A stretch of 64,000 nt of DNA, taken from Candidatus Nanopelagicales bacterium. Its GTDB lineage: Bacteria; Actinomycetota; Actinomycetes; Nanopelagicales; Nanopelagicaceae. The DNA lies in the NCBI GenBank assembly GCA_030834095.1, contig JAURGA010000002.1, positions 9,004-73,003 of the forward strand. Reading direction: 5' to 3'. Below, piece after piece: positions 12,082 to 23,323 of this stretch; positions within the stretch are counted from its first letter, which is position 1; every line of letters begins with the position of its first letter. The position numbers were made by a program, and so were the translations under genes. Under the pieces are notes generated by a model. That model was not told the origin of the DNA and did no database searches. It saw only the letters and a program-made list of their open reading frames with translations.

Positions 12082-12909
12082 TTGGCTTACACAGCAGAAG
12101 ATGTAAAAAGATTACGTGAAGCAACAGCTGCCGGAATGCTTGATTGCAAGAAGGCGTTGGATGAAGCAAATGGCGATTACGACAAGGCCGTTGAAATTAT
12201 CCGCGTTAAAGGGCAAAAAGGCGTTACTAAGCGCGAAGGTCGCACAACTTCAAATGGCTTAGTACTTGCAAAGGCTGAAGGCGATGTTGGAGTGATGCTT
12301 GAACTTAACTGCGAAACAGATTTCGTGGCTAAGGGCGATCGCTTCCAAGAGCTAGCAAATGAATTACTTGCACATTTACTATCAAGCAAAATTGATGGGA
12401 TTGCAGAGTTCAGCGCTTCAAAGATGGCAAACGGTAAGACGGTTCAGGAAGTAATCGATGAAGGTAATGCGACTCTTGGTGAGAAGATTGAACTTCGCCG
12501 AGTTGCAGTTCTTCAAGGTTCTCCGGTATCACTTTACCTACACCGCACAAGCCCAGACTTGCCACCACAAGTAGGTGTCTTGGTTCAGCTTGCAAAGGAA
12601 GCAGTCGATGCTGGTAAAGATATTGCACAACACATTGCAGCGTTCGCGCCACAATTTGTTCGTCGCGAAGATATTCCTGCCGAGAGCATTGCGACCGAGC
12701 GTCGTATTGCTGAGGAGACTGCCCGCGCAGAGGGTAAGCCAGAGGCATCAATCTCTAAGATTGTCGAAGGTCGCATAACTGGTTTCGTTAAGGAAGTTAG
12801 CTTGCTCGAGCAAGCCTTCGCTAAAGATGCCAAGAAGACCGTTCAGCAAATCGCAGATGAGGCAAAGACAGCCGTGTCGGCATTTCACCGATTCCGAGTT
12901 GGACAGTAA
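12082..12909 (+). CDS. tsf: elongation factor Ts
   Basis: N-terminal UBA-like AEDVKRLREATAAGMLDCKKALDE. TTG 12082 is preceded by AGGAGAA (12067-12073). The ORF-track start at 11998 overlaps rpsB and is not credible. Confidence 0.95.
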   Translation: MAYTAEDVKRLREATAAGMLDCKKALDEANGDYDKAVEIIRVKGQKGVTKREGRTTSNGLVLAKAEGDVGVMLELNCETDFVAKGDRFQELANELLAHLLSSKIDGIAEFSASKMANGKTVQEVIDEGNATLGEKIELRRVAVLQGSPVSLYLHRTSPDLPPQVGVLVQLAKEAVDAGKDIAQHIAAFAPQFVRREDIPAESIATERRIAEETARAEGKPEASISKIVEGRITGFVKEVSLLEQAFAKDAKKTVQQIADEAKTAVSAFHRFRVGQ

Positions 12910-12959
12910 TCTCGCCTCATTAGAACTAGTTTGAAATAGTAGATAAGGAGCACTTAAAT

Positions 12960-13676
12960 ATGGCCCGCAAAGGTTATAAGAGAGTGCTCCTTAAACTTTC
13001 TGGCGAAGTTTTTGGTGGCGAAAAAGGTATCGGTGTTGATCCCGATGTAGTTCATGATGTTGCATCCCAAATCGCAGAAGTAGTGCGTGGCGGAACTCAA
13101 ATTGGAATTGTTGTTGGTGGCGGTAATTATTTCCGTGGCGCCGAACTTCAACAGCGCGGTATGGATCGCGCTCGCGCTGACTATATGGGAATGCTCGGAA
13201 CAGTGATGAACTGTTTAGCACTTCAAGATTTTCTAGAAAAAGAGGGTATTGATACCCGGGTTCAAACTGCGATAACCATGGGACAAGTTGCTGAACCATA
13301 TATTCCGCGTCGCGCAATTCGGCATTTAGAAAAAGGTCGCGTAGTTATTTTTGGAGCCGGCGCAGGAATGCCATTCTTCACAACTGACACCGTTGCAGCC
13401 CAGCGTGCGCTCGAAGTTTCAGCTGAAGCTTTGCTTCTTGCAAAGAGTGGCGTTGATGGTGTTTATTCTGCAGATCCTAAGAAGGATCCTTCAGCAGTTA
13501 AGTATCAGACCGTAAGTTTTGATGATGTTCTATCCAAGTCACTTGCAGTTGCAGATGCCGCCGCATTTAGCTTGTGCCGCGAAAATAAACTTCCGATTGT
13601 TGTTTTTGATTTGAAGAATAAGGGCAATATCGCACGCGCAGTCCGCGGCGATAGCGTCGGAACGTTAGTTTCTTAA
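12960..13676 (+). CDS. pyrH: UMP kinase
   Basis: [16 protein letters not shown] and the amino-acid kinase fold; AAGGAG upstream. Confidence 0.97.
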   Translation: MARKGYKRVLLKLSGEVFGGEKGIGVDPDVVHDVASQIAEVVRGGTQIGIVVGGGNYFRGAELQQRGMDRARADYMGMLGTVMNCLALQDFLEKEGIDTRVQTAITMGQVAEPYIPRRAIRHLEKGRVVIFGAGAGMPFFTTDTVAAQRALEVSAEALLLAKSGVDGVYSADPKKDPSAVKYQTVSFDDVLSKSLAVADAAAFSLCRENKLPIVVFDLKNKGNIARAVRGDSVGTLVS

Positions 13677-13705
13677 GTTTAATGAAGGTTTATTAAGGGG
13701 AGAAT

Positions 13706-14269
13706 ATGAGCGACATTTCAACAGCACTAAGCGATGCGACTTCGAAGATGACTAAAGCGGTAGAAGTCGCTAAAGAAGATTTTGGTGCAATTCGTACCGG
13801 TCGCGCTCATCCTGCGATGTTCTCAAAAATCGTTGTTGACTACTACGGCACTATGACACCGTTGTCACAACTTGCATCATTTCAAGTTCCAGAACCACGT
13901 ATGGCAATTGTTTCACCTTTCGACAAAGGTGCTTCTGCCGCAATTGAAAAGGCGATTCGCGAATCAGATTTAGGAGTAAATCCAGCATCTGATGGTGGCA
14001 TTATTCGAGTTAATTTCCCTCAACTTACTGAAGAGCGCCGTAAGGATTACATCAAAGTAGCGCGCACTAAAGCAGAAGAATCTCGAGTCTCGATTCGTAA
14101 TATCCGACGCACTGCAAAAGAAGCTATGGAGAAATTAGAGAAAGATGGCCTAGCCGGAAAAGATGATGTTGCTCGAGGTGAGAAAGATTTAGAGAAGATT
14201 ACTTCAGATCACGTAGTAAAAATTGATGAGCTTTTGAAACATAAGGAAGCCGAACTTCTCGAAGTTTAA
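13706..14269 (+). CDS. frr: ribosome recycling factor
   Basis: 187 aa with the typical RRF sequence (VDYYG..TPL.QLA, EERRK). GGGGAG SD upstream. Confidence 0.97.
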   Translation: MSDISTALSDATSKMTKAVEVAKEDFGAIRTGRAHPAMFSKIVVDYYGTMTPLSQLASFQVPEPRMAIVSPFDKGASAAIEKAIRESDLGVNPASDGGIIRVNFPQLTEERRKDYIKVARTKAEESRVSIRNIRRTAKEAMEKLEKDGLAGKDDVARGEKDLEKITSDHVVKIDELLKHKEAELLEV

Positions 14270-14272
14270 ATT

Positions 14273-15121
14273 ATGGATGACTTTCATTCGCTAAATGAGG
14301 CGATAAATAAAAAAGCTGGGCGAAAGTTAGGTCCATCCATCTTGGTATCGCTTGCAATCCTTGCAGTTGTTTTCCTAACGATTTCATTTGCACCACCACT
14401 ATTTGCAATTTTTGCTTGGGTTGCAATTTTGCTTGCTGGTCGTGAACTCACACGAGCTTATCGAGCCGGTGGAATTGATCTGCCGGATAATGCTATTTCT
14501 GTTGCAATTACCCTGTTGCTTGCTGCCGCTTGGTTTGGACGAGTTTCTGGATTAGCAGTTGCGATTGCAATTGCGATTCCTTGTGTTCTGGTTTATATAC
14601 TGCTGCGAGATCCAAAAGATTTTGTTCGCAAATCAACCGCGGCAGCATTCGCTATTTTCTATCTCGCATTTCTCGGTGGTTTCATTCTTTTATTGGCTCA
14701 TGACAAGGATGGACTTGCCCGTATCTTCACTTTGGTAGTTCTGGTCAGCTGCAACGACACCTTCGCCTATCTTTTTGGAGTCTTAATTGGCAAGCATCCA
14801 CTTGCTCCACAAATTAGCCCGAAGAAAACTTGGGAAGGCCTAATTGGTTCAGTAATCACAACAACAATTGGTTCTGCTCTAGTCTTCGAATTTGCACTCG
14901 ACCACAATTGGTGGATCGGTGCTGCTATCGGACTCGGCGCAGTGGTTACTGCAACCTGTGGCGACTTAATCGAATCAGCGGTTAAGCGAGACCTCTCAAT
15001 CAAAGATATGGGAACTATCTTGCCGGGACATGGTGGAATTCTTGATCGCATTGACTCAGTTTTATTTACCGGACCAGCAGTCTGGTTCGCTCTCGAATTC
15101 ATTAAGCACTTTAATTTATGA
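14273..15121 (+). CDS. cdsA: phosphatidate cytidylyltransferase
   Basis: Polytopic membrane protein carrying the CTP-transferase-1 signature [33 protein letters not shown]. Confidence 0.92.
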   Translation: MDDFHSLNEAINKKAGRKLGPSILVSLAILAVVFLTISFAPPLFAIFAWVAILLAGRELTRAYRAGGIDLPDNAISVAITLLLAAAWFGRVSGLAVAIAIAIPCVLVYILLRDPKDFVRKSTAAAFAIFYLAFLGGFILLLAHDKDGLARIFTLVVLVSCNDTFAYLFGVLIGKHPLAPQISPKKTWEGLIGSVITTTIGSALVFEFALDHNWWIGAAIGLGAVVTATCGDLIESAVKRDLSIKDMGTILPGHGGILDRIDSVLFTGPAVWFALEFIKHFNL

Positions 15122-16233
15122 GCGAGATTAAATTAGTTTTTGACGAGCCTAAACAGCGCGTCAAACCACCACAACATTTCTCAGATTTAGACCCAGAGGG
15201 CCGTAAGGCCAGAGCAGTTGAATTGGGTATCCCAGCATTTCGGGCGAATCAAATGGCAGTGCATTTCTTCACACATTTCAATGACGAACCAGATACCTGG
15301 ACCGATATTCCAAAGGATTTGCACGAAACCTTAGCGAAGGAATTCGTTCCAAAATTGATCACCTTGGTTCGTTCGGTGACTACAGATAGCGGTAAGACTC
15401 GTAAGGATTTGTGGCGACTGCACGATGGCGTATTGGTCGAGAGCGTTCTCATGCGATATGCCGACCGCACAACAGTATGTATTTCATCGCAAGCAGGTTG
15501 TGGAATGAATTGTCCGTTCTGCGCCACTGGCCAGGCCGGTTTAACTAGAAATCTCACTGCTGGCGAAATCACAGCACAAGTAGTTGCTGCCGCACGAATC
15601 TGCGCAGCGGGCGAATTGCCTGGTGGCGAAACTCGACTTTCAAATGTTGTATTCATGGGCATGGGCGAACCGATGGCGAATTACAACTCGGTTATGCGTT
15701 CAATTCGAAACATAACTACAGCACAACCAGATGGTCTTGGGATAAGTGCTCGTTCCGTAACCCTTTCAACCGTTGGTTTAGTTAATGGAATTGAAAAACT
15801 CTGTGACGAGGGAATCCCAGTAACTCTGGCAGTTTCCTTACATACCCCCGATGATGAACTGCGAGATACCTTGGTCCCAATTAATTCGCGATGGAAAGTT
15901 CGCGAAGTTTTAGCTGCCGCTGATAAATATGAAGCAAAAACAGGCCGCAGGTATTCAATTGAATATGCACTAATCCGAGATATCAACGATCAAGCTTGGC
16001 GGGCAGATTTATTGGGACGTCTTCTTAAGAATAGGAATGCTCATGTGAACTTAATCCCACTAAATCCAACTCCCGGGTCTAAGTGGACCGCCTCAAGACC
16101 GGAGGATGAAGCCGAATTCGTTCGAGTTCTGGAAGGTTACAAAGTTGCGGTCACCGTTCGCGACACCAGAGGCCGGGAAATTGATGGGGCATGTGGTCAA
16201 TTGGCCGCGTCCGAGATAATCTTTGGGACATGA
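15118..16233 (+). CDS. rlmN: 23S rRNA/tRNA adenine-C2 methyltransferase (radical SAM)
   Basis: [18 protein letters not shown] radical-SAM cluster motif plus a C-terminal Cys (GACGQL). ATGA overlap with cdsA. Confidence 0.95.
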   Translation: MSEIKLVFDEPKQRVKPPQHFSDLDPEGRKARAVELGIPAFRANQMAVHFFTHFNDEPDTWTDIPKDLHETLAKEFVPKLITLVRSVTTDSGKTRKDLWRLHDGVLVESVLMRYADRTTVCISSQAGCGMNCPFCATGQAGLTRNLTAGEITAQVVAAARICAAGELPGGETRLSNVVFMGMGEPMANYNSVMRSIRNITTAQPDGLGISARSVTLSTVGLVNGIEKLCDEGIPVTLAVSLHTPDDELRDTLVPINSRWKVREVLAAADKYEAKTGRRYSIEYALIRDINDQAWRADLLGRLLKNRNAHVNLIPLNPTPGSKWTASRPEDEAEFVRVLEGYKVAVTVRDTRGREIDGACGQLAASEIIFGT

Positions 16234-17657
16234 AAAAGCTAAATAACTTTATTGATGGAAAGTCCCTACCAGCAAAGTCTGGCGCGACTAGTGAAATTAT
16301 TAATCCGGCAACGGGAACTGCATATGCAACAGCGCCAGTTTCTGGAGCAGCAGATGTTGACGCCGCATTAAGTGCTGCAAGTAAAGCATTTGTCGAATGG
16401 CGTGAAACAACACCAGCAGAACGCCAACGTGCATTGAATAAAATTGCTGACGCTCTTGAAGCTAGAAGTGAAGAGATTATTGCAATTGAAGTCGAGAACA
16501 CTGGAAAGCCAGTTTCATTGACAACATCCGAAGAAGTTCCGCCAATGTTGGATCAGATTAGATTCTTTGCAGGTGCCGCTCGAAATCTCGAGGGTAAATC
16601 TGCCGGTGAATATATGCGTGGAATGACCTCATTTATCCGCCGCGAACCAATCGGAGTTTGTGCGCAAGTAACCCCATGGAATTACCCAATGATGATGGCG
16701 GTCTGGAAGTGGGCGCCAGCAATTGCAGCAGGAAATACCGTTGTTCTAAAGCCAAGTGATACAACACCAGCATCAACAGTATTTATGGCCGAAGTTATGT
16801 CGGAATTTTTACCAAATGGCGTCTTTAATGTTATCTGCGGTGATCGTGAAACCGGTCGCGCGCTTGTTGAACATCAAACTCCTGCAATGGTTTCAATTAC
16901 TGGTTCGGTTCGCGCCGGAATTGAGGTTGCTAAATCTGCAGCAAATGATTTGAAGCGAGTCCACCTTGAACTTGGCGGTAAAGCACCTGTAGTTGTTTTT
17001 GATGATGCCAACCTTGAAACTGCTGCTGAAAATATTGCAACCACTGGATATTTCAATGCTGGCCAAGATTGCACAGCGGCCACTCGCGTAATTGTGCAAG
17101 AGAGTGTTTACGATAAGTTTGTTGAACTTCTAGCTGCTCAAGCCAAGAACAACATAGCAACTGGAAGCCCTAATGAAGATGTGCTTTATGGTGCGCTAAA
17201 CAATGCCGACCAGCTTGCTCGAGTATCTGGCTTTGTAGATCGCACACCAAGCCATGCCAAGATTGTTGCCGGCGGAAGCAAGGTGGATCGCCCAGGATAT
17301 TTCTTCGCCCCAACCGTTATTGCCGGTTTGCGTCAAGATGACGAGATGATTCAGAATGAAATCTTCGGCCCAGTTATTACGGTCCAGAAATTTAAAGATG
17401 AAGCAGAAGCGGTTGCGATGGCCAATGGGGTTGCTTATGGCCTAGCTTCGAGTGTCTGGACCAGCAATCACGGTCGTGCCATGCGGATGGCCAAGGCCTT
17501 TGACTTTGGTTGTGTCTGGATAAATACCCATATCCCAATCGTTGCTGAGATGCCACATGGTGGCTTCAAGCGCTCTGGTTACGGCAAGGATCTTTCAAGC
17601 TATGGCTTCGAGGACTACACCCGAATCAAACACGTGATGACTAATTTGGGAGTATAG
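16230..17657 (+). CDS. patD: gamma-aminobutyraldehyde dehydrogenase-like NAD aldehyde dehydrogenase
   Basis: End-to-end resemblance to E. coli PatD/YdcW as I recall it: [28 protein letters not shown] and [27 protein letters not shown] 16230 overlaps the rlmN stop (ATGA). The ORF-track start at 16191 is an extension. Confidence 0.85.
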   Translation: MKKLNNFIDGKSLPAKSGATSEIINPATGTAYATAPVSGAADVDAALSAASKAFVEWRETTPAERQRALNKIADALEARSEEIIAIEVENTGKPVSLTTSEEVPPMLDQIRFFAGAARNLEGKSAGEYMRGMTSFIRREPIGVCAQVTPWNYPMMMAVWKWAPAIAAGNTVVLKPSDTTPASTVFMAEVMSEFLPNGVFNVICGDRETGRALVEHQTPAMVSITGSVRAGIEVAKSAANDLKRVHLELGGKAPVVVFDDANLETAAENIATTGYFNAGQDCTAATRVIVQESVYDKFVELLAAQAKNNIATGSPNEDVLYGALNNADQLARVSGFVDRTPSHAKIVAGGSKVDRPGYFFAPTVIAGLRQDDEMIQNEIFGPVITVQKFKDEAEAVAMANGVAYGLASSVWTSNHGRAMRMAKAFDFGCVWINTHIPIVAEMPHGGFKRSGYGKDLSSYGFEDYTRIKHVMTNLGV

Positions 17658-17666
17658 GGAAGTAAA

Positions 17667-17697
17667 TTGACAATTTTTGCTCAGTTTAGGCAATAAT
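17667..17697 (+). promoter_or_regulatory. candidate promoter for the pot-like transporter genes
   Basis: Perfect TTGACA at 17667-17672, followed 17-19 nt later by the AT-rich CAATAATAAT. The exact -10 register is ambiguous. Confidence 0.25.
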
Positions 17698-17802
17698 AAT
17701 GACGCTCGTACAGACTCGCTTAGATTTGTTCGAGAGCCCTGCAAACTAAATAAGAGATTTCATAACCACTTGTTCAATTCAAACCATTGAGGAGCCCAGA
17801 GC

Positions 17803-19002
17803 ATGAAAGAAAAAAGCAGTCTGTCACCGGAAGCAAAGTCAATTATTAATGCCAAGCTAACAAGGCGAACACTCTTTGCTGGAGTTGGCGGACTTTCAGC
17901 AGCAACGCTCTTAGCCTCTTGTGGTGCCGATGCAAGTAAAGAGGTGGCAGCAGGAATTGCTGAAGATGTAGGTGGAACGGTTCGTTGGGCAAATTGGTCG
18001 GCTTACTTAGATGCAAAGCGCGTAAATGGTTCAAGAACATATCCAACTTTAGAGGCTTTCATATCATCATCTGGAATTGATGTGGATTATTTAGTTGATG
18101 TAAATGATAACGATGAATTTTATGGGAAAGTTCAAGGCCAGTTAAAGCTCGGCAAAGATATTGGTTACGACATTGTTACGCTAACCGACTGGATGACAGA
18201 TCGCTGGATACGCCTGGGCTATACCCAAACTTTAGATGAAGCAAATATGCCAAATAAGGGAAATATTCTTCCAAGTTTGAGCAATGTAGGTTTTGATCCT
18301 GGCCGCAAACAATCACTAACTTGGCAATCTGGCTTTGCCGGATTTGGTTGGAATAAGGAACTAGTTCCTGGTGGAATTAATTCCGTAGAACAACTATTTG
18401 ATAAGAAAAATAAAGGCAGAATTGAAGTTCTAAGCGAAATGCGCGACACCATGGGCATCATCCTTCAGTATCAGGGCGTTGATATCACTAAGCCATTTAC
18501 TGAAGATCAATTTATGAATGCCATCGACTTCCTAGAGAAGCAGATTAGTGATGGAATTATTCGTCAGGTTAAAGGAAATGACTATCTGGAAGATATGGCA
18601 ATTGGTGATGCAATTGCGGTTATCGGCTGGAGTGGCGACATCTTCTCTCTAAATGCTGAAGAGGGTGACAAATTCGAATTTGCTATCCCAGAATCTGGTG
18701 GAACTCTTTGGAGCGATAATATGATGATCGCATCTACATCAAGCAATAAATCAAACTCCGAAAAGCTAATGGATTATTACTATGATCCTAAAGTCGCTGC
18801 TGAAGTTGCAGCTTGGGTTAATTACATCTGCCCAGTAGTTGGGGCGCAGGCTGAGATGGAGAAAATTGATCCAGAGCTTGCTAGTAGCAATTTCATATTC
18901 CCAGATGAGGCCACTTTGTCTAAGGTGTCGGTATTCCGTTCGCTGAATTTCGAAGAAGAAGTTAAATTCTCTGAGGCATTTCAGATGGCTAGTGGAAACT
19001 AA
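17803..19002 (+). CDS. spermidine/putrescine ABC transporter substrate-binding lipoprotein (PotD/PotF family)
   Basis: RR-containing signal peptide with the lipobox LLASCG. PotD/PotF-type periplasmic binding protein length and sequence. GAGGAG SD. Followed by potA/B/C homologues. Confidence 0.85.
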   Translation: MKEKSSLSPEAKSIINAKLTRRTLFAGVGGLSAATLLASCGADASKEVAAGIAEDVGGTVRWANWSAYLDAKRVNGSRTYPTLEAFISSSGIDVDYLVDVNDNDEFYGKVQGQLKLGKDIGYDIVTLTDWMTDRWIRLGYTQTLDEANMPNKGNILPSLSNVGFDPGRKQSLTWQSGFAGFGWNKELVPGGINSVEQLFDKKNKGRIEVLSEMRDTMGIILQYQGVDITKPFTEDQFMNAIDFLEKQISDGIIRQVKGNDYLEDMAIGDAIAVIGWSGDIFSLNAEEGDKFEFAIPESGGTLWSDNMMIASTSSNKSNSEKLMDYYYDPKVAAEVAAWVNYICPVVGAQAEMEKIDPELASSNFIFPDEATLSKVSVFRSLNFEEEVKFSEAFQMASGN

Positions 19003-19004
19003 GT

Positions 19005-20105
19005 ATGGGTGATGAAGTCTCAAAATTTGTTCAGGGCGATCTGAAGTTAGTAAATCTAACAAAGGAATTTGGAGACTTTACAGCGGTTGATGATTTAACT
19101 CTTACAATCCCAAAGGGTTCATTCTTTGCTTTATTGGGCCCTTCGGGTTGTGGTAAAACCACGACGCTAAGAATGATTGCCGGTCTGGAAGAGCCAACAA
19201 GCGGAACAATAAGTATTGGTGATAAAAACATCACCGACTTAAAGTCATACAGTCGCCCCGTTAATACTGTTTTTCAGAACTATGCTCTCTTTCCACATCT
19301 CTCAATCTTTGAAAATGTTGCATTTGGACTGCGCAGACGTGGCATAAAAGATGTTAAAGAGACGGTCATGAAGGCCCTTGAGCTTGTAGAGCTAGGTCAC
19401 CTAAAAGATCGTAAACCTGCTCAACTTTCTGGAGGTCAGCAGCAACGAATTGCAGTTGCCCGAGCAATTGTAAATCGACCTGCAGTTCTACTCTTAGATG
19501 AGCCACTCGGTGCACTTGACCTAAAGCTACGTCGCCAAATGCAGATTGAATTAAAGTGGATTCAGACCGAAGTTGGTATCACTTTTATCCATGTGACCCA
19601 TGATCAAGAAGAAGCCATGACTATGGCAGACACAATTGCAGTTATGAATAATGGAAAGATTGAACAACTAGGCTCTCCTAGCGAGCTCTACGAGAACCCA
19701 AAGACTACATTCGTTGCTAACTTCCTAGGCCAATCAAACTTTCTCCAAGGCATTGTTGAATCTGAATCAAATGGTGAAACTATTGTCATTGCCCACGGCA
19801 TCCGAATTACTATGCCAAGCTCGAGAAATAATGGAAGCACCGCTTCAGTTAAGATTGGCGTAAGGCCTGAAAAGTTTAGAATTCATTTCGTTGGCTCTGA
19901 GTTGCCAGGTAATCTGCTAATCGGTGGCGTAGTTACAGATATTTCCTTTGTCGGAGTTAGTACTCAGTACATGGTTGAGATGCCTTGGAAGCAAGAGATT
20001 ATGGTCTTTGAACAGAATGATGGTGGTGCGCCAAACATTAAGAAAGGTGATCAGGTCTCCCTAACCTGGGAGCCACAGTTCACCTTCGCACTTAACGGTG
20101 AGTAA
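19005..20105 (+). CDS. potA: polyamine ABC transporter ATP-binding protein
   Basis: Walker A GPSGCGKTT, signature LSGGQQQR, Walker B LLLDEP and a C-terminal TOBE-like domain. Confidence 0.9.
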   Translation: MGDEVSKFVQGDLKLVNLTKEFGDFTAVDDLTLTIPKGSFFALLGPSGCGKTTTLRMIAGLEEPTSGTISIGDKNITDLKSYSRPVNTVFQNYALFPHLSIFENVAFGLRRRGIKDVKETVMKALELVELGHLKDRKPAQLSGGQQQRIAVARAIVNRPAVLLLDEPLGALDLKLRRQMQIELKWIQTEVGITFIHVTHDQEEAMTMADTIAVMNNGKIEQLGSPSELYENPKTTFVANFLGQSNFLQGIVESESNGETIVIAHGIRITMPSSRNNGSTASVKIGVRPEKFRIHFVGSELPGNLLIGGVVTDISFVGVSTQYMVEMPWKQEIMVFEQNDGGAPNIKKGDQVSLTWEPQFTFALNGE

Positions 20106-21000
20106 CTTGGAGACTCTGCAGAAAGAACCTCGTTCGGGTCTGCTAAAGAACTACAAGTTAGAGTTCACACCCTACTTACTTTTAATCCCAGGACTGCTCT
20201 GGCTATTTACATTCTTTATTCTTCCAATTCTAAATCTGTCCACCACCTCAACAAAGACTCGCTCTCCTTCATTTGAAACAGGGGCTTTTGATCAAACCTG
20301 GAGGTTCCTAAATTATGTTGATGCATTCGTTGAGAATCAAGAGCAGTTCTATCGCTCATTTATATATGCCTTAATCGCAACAGTTCTGGCTTTAGCAATT
20401 GCCTACCCATTGGCTTATGCAATTGCTTTTCGAAGCGGTGCGATGAAAAATATTCTATTAGTGCTAGTGATTGCGCCATTTTTCACCTCATTTTTACTTC
20501 GCACCTTGGCCTGGAAACAGATTCTTGGATCTGAAGGACCCGTAGTCTCATTACTTCAAAATCTAAACATTATGAACTCCGGACAGACGATTACCGCAAC
20601 TAGCTTCTCAGTAATAATGGGTCTTACCTATAATTTCCTACCGTTCATGACGCTTCCAATTTATGCAAGCTTAGATCGAATTGACCCTAAGTTGCTGGAA
20701 GCTTCTGGCGATCTCTTTGCTAATTCTCTAAATACTTTTCGTAAAGTAACACTTCCATTGTCAATGCCTGGCGTAGTAGCAGGGACTTTGCTTACATTTA
20801 TTCCTGCATCTGGTGACTATATAAATGCCTCGATATTAGGAAATCCCAATACTAAGATGATTGGAAATGTTATTGACTCACGTTTCTTTAGAGTCGTTGA
20901 CTATCCAACTGCCGCAGCTCTCTCTTTTATTTTGATGGCAGTGATTCTCATTATTGTTTCGGTTTATATTAGGAGAACTGGAACGGATGAACTCGTATGA
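20098..21000 (+). CDS. potB: polyamine ABC transporter permease
   Basis: Six-TM BPD-transport permease of the PotB/PotH type. GTG 20098 overlaps the potA end by 8 nt; TTG 20107 is an alternative start. Confidence 0.88.
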   Translation: MSNLETLQKEPRSGLLKNYKLEFTPYLLLIPGLLWLFTFFILPILNLSTTSTKTRSPSFETGAFDQTWRFLNYVDAFVENQEQFYRSFIYALIATVLALAIAYPLAYAIAFRSGAMKNILLVLVIAPFFTSFLLRTLAWKQILGSEGPVVSLLQNLNIMNSGQTITATSFSVIMGLTYNFLPFMTLPIYASLDRIDPKLLEASGDLFANSLNTFRKVTLPLSMPGVVAGTLLTFIPASGDYINASILGNPNTKMIGNVIDSRFFRVVDYPTAAALSFILMAVILIIVSVYIRRTGTDELV

Positions 21001-21779
21001 GAAAATGGCTCTCTAAAAATATCATCCGAATTTATGCAGGAGTTGCACTCTTCTACGTATTTATACCTGTTGCTTACACGATTGTTTTCTCTTTTAATGA
21101 CTCAAAAAAACGCAATATTAACTGGCAGGGTTTTACCTTTAATAATTGGCTAAATCCATGTGATGCCGATGGAATTTGTGAGGCACTAGGGAATTCATTG
21201 CGGATTGGTTTCATATCCACACTAATCTCTACAGTCATTGGAACAATGATTGCATTCGCAATAGGTCGATATGCGTTTAAGGGAAGAAGTTCAGTCAATC
21301 TTCTTATCTTCCTGCCAATGGCAACACCAGAGATTGTTTTAGGTGCTTCGCTTTTGGCGATGTTCTTAAACCTTGGAATTAATCCAGGTTTCTGGCCAAC
21401 AATAATCGCGCATGTGATGTTCTGTATCTCTTTTGTTGTTGTAACAGTCAAGGCTCGCATCGCAGGACTTGATCCGAAGTTGGAAGAAGCAGCAAGAGAT
21501 CTCTACGCCAATGAATGGGAGACTTTCCGCAGAGTTACTTTCCCATTAGTTCTTCCAGGCGTTGCAGCAGCGGCTCTGCTAGCTTTTGCGCTCTCTTTCG
21601 ATGATTTCATCATCACAAACTTCAATTCTGGAACGGTCAGCACATTCCCGAAGTTTGTCTGGGTATCGGCAACTAGAGGTGTTCCACCTCAGGCAAATGT
21701 GGTGGGATCAATTATGTTTATAGGGGCTTTGGCAATAGTCATACTGGGTCAAGTAGTAAACCGCCGCAAGGTGCGCTAA
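20997..21779 (+). CDS. potC: polyamine ABC transporter permease
   Basis: PotC/PotI-type permease with an EAA-like loop (LEEAARDLYANEWETFRRVTFPL). ATGA overlap with potB. Confidence 0.88.
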   Translation: MRKWLSKNIIRIYAGVALFYVFIPVAYTIVFSFNDSKKRNINWQGFTFNNWLNPCDADGICEALGNSLRIGFISTLISTVIGTMIAFAIGRYAFKGRSSVNLLIFLPMATPEIVLGASLLAMFLNLGINPGFWPTIIAHVMFCISFVVVTVKARIAGLDPKLEEAARDLYANEWETFRRVTFPLVLPGVAAAALLAFALSFDDFIITNFNSGTVSTFPKFVWVSATRGVPPQANVVGSIMFIGALAIVILGQVVNRRKVR

Positions 21780-21909
21780 ACTTTAAAAGTATCCATGGTG
21801 AAGAACAGAGTTATTAAAAGCTCTGCGTCGTGGGGTAGGACTCCGGAGGACCCGGGCCAACTTTAAGTTGTGATTGAAGGGGTGATCCCGGTTTCGGCCG
21901 GATTACGCG

Positions 21910-23322
21910 ATGTCAAACATCGACTCTTCCTATTTAAAACATCTCTCACATATGCAACCACAGTTGTATTGGCTTGACGCTGACCCCTTAGAACCTGAAG
22001 CGCATCCAACACTCATCGGCGAAATAACAACTGACCTCTGCATTGTCGGAGCTGGTTATACCGGCCTATGGACTGCGCTACTTGCTAAAGAGAAAAATCC
22101 CGAGCGTAATGTAATCATTATTGAACAGTTAGAAACTGGTGCCGGTGCATCTGGTCGTAATGGTGGTTTCTGCAGTTACTCATTAACTCATGGATTTATG
22201 AATGGCTATAGTCGCTTTAAAGATGAGATGGCAATCATTGAAAGGCTAGGTCGCGAAAATCTGGAAGCCATTGAGGCGACAATCAAGAAATACAACATTG
22301 ATTGCGGGTTTGAATTAACTGGTGAAATTAGCGTTGCAAATGAAGAGTGGCAGCTAAATGATCTAATCGAAATTGCTGACCTGCGGAACTCTTTTGGTGA
22401 CAGCGTTCAAATCTTAAGTAAAGAGGAGATGCAGGCGCGCGTAAATTCACCAATTTCTGTTGGCGGCTTATGGGATCCAGATGGCACTGCGCTTATTGAT
22501 CCAGCGAGATTGGTCTGGGGTCTAGAGCAAGCATGTATCAAGAGCGGCGTTGTAATTTACGAGAACACCAGTGCGCTCTGGTTAGAACGAACCAGTAGCG
22601 GAATAATTGTTCACACGCCTTATGGCGAGGTTCATTCTAAAAAAGTTGCGCTTGCCACAAATATTTATCGCTCACTTTTACGACGCGCTAAGAAGTATGT
22701 CGTTCCGGTATATGACTTCCAATTAGTCACCGAACCACTTACGCCGGAACAGATGGATTCAATTGGTTGGAAGAATCGCGAAGGTCTATCTGAGGCCGGA
22801 AATCAATTCCATTACTACCGATTAACAAAAGATAACGAGATTTTGTGGGGCGGATATGACGCCATCTATAACTTCCGTGGAAAAGTTAGACACGAATATG
22901 AAACTAGCGCCGAAACTTATGCGCATTTAGCGCAAGCTTTTCTAGAAACCTTCCCACAATTAAAGGGTATTAAATTCACTCATGGTTGGGGTGGTGCAAT
23001 TGATACTTGCTCTCGCTTCACCCAATTCTGGGGCAAGGCTTATCGTGGGAAAGTTGCATATGTGATGGGATATACCGGACTCGGTGTTGGTGCGTCGAGA
23101 TTTGGTGCTCAAGTTATGTTGGATTTATTAGATGGCGAAGATAACGAGCGCACCCGATTAAGTATGGTTCGAAAGAAGCCAATTCCATTCCCACCAGAAC
23201 CATTCAAATTTATCTTTATTCGATTAACCCAGTGGTCGCTAAACAAATCAGATCAGAATCAGGGCAAGCGCAATCTATGGCTTAAATTCCTAGATTTCTT
23301 CGGGCTTGGCTTTGATTCATAA
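21910..23322 (+). CDS. FAD-dependent oxidoreductase (DAO family, PuuB/OrdL-like)
   Basis: Dinucleotide-binding CIVGAGYTGLWTA...GAGASGRNGGF. 470 aa. Lies within the polyamine/GABA gene context. Substrate not determinable from sequence. Confidence 0.8.
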   Translation: MSNIDSSYLKHLSHMQPQLYWLDADPLEPEAHPTLIGEITTDLCIVGAGYTGLWTALLAKEKNPERNVIIIEQLETGAGASGRNGGFCSYSLTHGFMNGYSRFKDEMAIIERLGRENLEAIEATIKKYNIDCGFELTGEISVANEEWQLNDLIEIADLRNSFGDSVQILSKEEMQARVNSPISVGGLWDPDGTALIDPARLVWGLEQACIKSGVVIYENTSALWLERTSSGIIVHTPYGEVHSKKVALATNIYRSLLRRAKKYVVPVYDFQLVTEPLTPEQMDSIGWKNREGLSEAGNQFHYYRLTKDNEILWGGYDAIYNFRGKVRHEYETSAETYAHLAQAFLETFPQLKGIKFTHGWGGAIDTCSRFTQFWGKAYRGKVAYVMGYTGLGVGASRFGAQVMLDLLDGEDNERTRLSMVRKKPIPFPPEPFKFIFIRLTQWSLNKSDQNQGKRNLWLKFLDFFGLGFDS

Positions 23323-23323
23323 C

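Noticed and set aside
21795-21866. 23-codon ORF (MVKNRVIKSSASWGRTPEDPGQL) in the potC-oxidoreductase spacer.
   Set aside because: It has no SD, no compositional hint of a leader peptide, and no obvious link to downstream regulation. It is mentioned only under the spacer finding.
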